Assembly (NCBI GenBank): GCA_002104905.1
Contig: MCFE01000437.1
Coordinates: 1-64,000, forward strand
Length of the DNA stretch: 64,000 nt
Origin: Basidiobolus meristosporus CBS 931.73
Lineage: Eukaryota; Fungi; Basidiobolomycota
Direction: 5' to 3'
Under the pieces are notes generated by a model that saw only the letters and a list, made by a program, of their open reading frames with translations, did not search any database and was not told where the DNA came from. The translations under genes were made by a program, and so were the position numbers. Position 1 is the stretch's first letter. Every line of letters starts with the position of its first letter. This document shows, one piece after another, positions 62,340 to 64,000 of this stretch.

Positions 62340-64000
62340 TGACCATTCTTGCCACCTTGCGCAAACTGAGTCAGGTGAGTTTGTGACACCTTTAGGCTTA
62401 CCTCAGCTGTCTTAATATGGCATGCAGAGTGATAGCTTTGACAAAGATGGCTCACTGATGGATTGCGCACCTATCTCTCTTAACAACAGAACTACATATG
62501 AGCCCAGTCAAGTTACAATATGCAATGAGACAACACCTGTTGAAACAAATGCCAATGATACTTTATGGAGCCATGTGAGCCCAGTAATCCATCTACTGGT
62601 GAATGATGTAATGTTCTGGCCAGAGAAGTAGCACATTTCCACTAATATCAGTTACTAGGGCTTTGAGTATATATTACTACTTGTTGCCAAAATCATTCTG
62701 GGATGCAACTTACCATGTACATGTTACATGTGGACAACTGTGATGCAGCTGACAGCATATGCTCCCAATACTGTCCTGATTCCCGCATGTGTTAACAGTT
62801 GTATGGCATTCACATCCAAAAATGCCACTATTACATCATGTTCAAATTGTCAGGAATCCACCACCATTGAGGGAAAGCATTGTTCACACTTCAGATATAT
62901 TCCAATAATACCACATCTAAAGAAGCTAAAGCAGTCCAAGATATATTACAAAGCTATACAGTACCACACTCAGTATCAATCAAGTGCAAACATATCCAAT
63001 ATATTTGATGGCAATCATCACAAACAGCTAAGAAGCAAGGTCTACTTTGAAGGTATATTTGACCATGCCTTTGCCTTAGGACTTGATGGATACTCATTAA
63101 ACAAGTACTCTACTAGTAAATCCTGCTGGCCACTGATTCTCATCAATCTGAATCTGCCACCCATCTAGCAGTATCAGAGCAATAATCTGATAGTAGTCTT
63201 ACTGGTATCTGGGCCTTAATCACCATCCAACCTGGATATCTACCAGTATCCATTGCTGGATAAGTTTTGTATGCTTTCTAGCAGGATAAAAGTAGATGAC
63301 TGTCATGCAAAAGCTCATATTAACATCTGCATTGCAGAAACCCCAGCCATCAGCAAGATAGCAGGTTTTTCTGGGCACAATGGACAGTATTACTGTCAAA
63401 TGTGTGAGATCCAGGGGATTCACTCCATAACTCAAACACATTATTATTACCCAAACACCAACACTAAGAACATCATCTTTTCTCAGAGAGAATGTACAGA
63501 AATCAGCATGCAGCTGCACCAAAGTTGTCAAGCTACAAGCCATTGGCTGAAATATGGGATCAATTGGAAACCAGAGATACTTAAGACAGAGGGTATCTGT
63601 TGGAGCAAAAGCTTTCCACTGGGAGCAATGCATTTGCTTTTCAACAATACTCCTATACTGATGACCAAGTTGTACATAGGGCAGTTCAAGCTAAATGAGC
63701 CCCTCAAGATACCGGAGAAATTTGAAAGAATTGGCAAGATATTATAGAATAATCACTACCCTAGGCACATCTCACAGGCGCCAATCAATATTCATACACA
63801 TATGCAACAATACTAATGCAAAGACTGGATGAACTGGATATGTATTTAATTAAGTGGCATTCTAAAGCCATTCCTACCAAGAGTACATTGGAAGCATTGG
63901 GAGTCATAAGCGGACATTGCAGGAATATTTATCCATAAGTGGATCACCAATGCCAACTTGACACATCTACAGCTGTTATGCAAGGAGTTTGTAATGGGAA
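62340..64000 (+). pseudogene. Tnp2-like transposase, N-terminal two-thirds
   Basis: ORF 62728-63168 (CVNSCMAFT...IFDG...LGLDGY..WPLILINLNLPP) and ORF 63253-63747 (AETPAISKIAGFSGHNG..CQMC..GAMHLLF). Confidence 0.87.

Larger units (their letters stand above)
58829..64000 (+). mobile_element. CMC/EnSpm element from its 5' terminus, running off the window
   Basis: Begins CCCTATGAAAAAC; subterminal region colinear with 9764-9960; ORF X (-) is followed by Tnp2 (+). Confidence 0.9.

Overview
This window is a eukaryotic, probably fungal, transposon nest with no recognisable host gene and no RNA gene. Nearly all of it is nested, mostly CpG-depleted, pseudogenised mobile DNA from four groups. (1) CMC/EnSpm-type (Tnp2/Transposase_21-like) DNA transposons with CCCTATGAAAAA termini and two divergent ORFs; one copy has both ends and a TAC target duplication (9764-17768). 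(2) Ty1/copia retrotransposons: one near-complete element (33703-38365, 369-bp LTRs, GTTTC TSD, half-tRNAiMet primer site), two decayed copies and a solo LTR. (3) Ty3/gypsy remnants and solo LTRs. (4) The most interesting system, a compact (~3.1-3.3 kb) PIF/Harbinger-ISL2EU (PHIS)-type DDE_Tnp_4 transposon with AGACTTGTTCC termini. It makes 3-bp ANT target duplications and carries a short intronless transposase head-to-head with an unassigned second ORF that has Myb/SANT-like tryptophan spacing. It occurs as three large copies, and four 733-734-bp foldback non-autonomous elements (347-bp inverted arms, 40-bp loop) share its termini. In the best copy the transposase ORF is intact and contains no CpG, whereas the rest of the same element keeps about 30 CpGs. 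All assignments come from manual motif recognition and by-eye alignment of copies inside the window; no database search was run, and the boundaries of decayed remnants are approximate.
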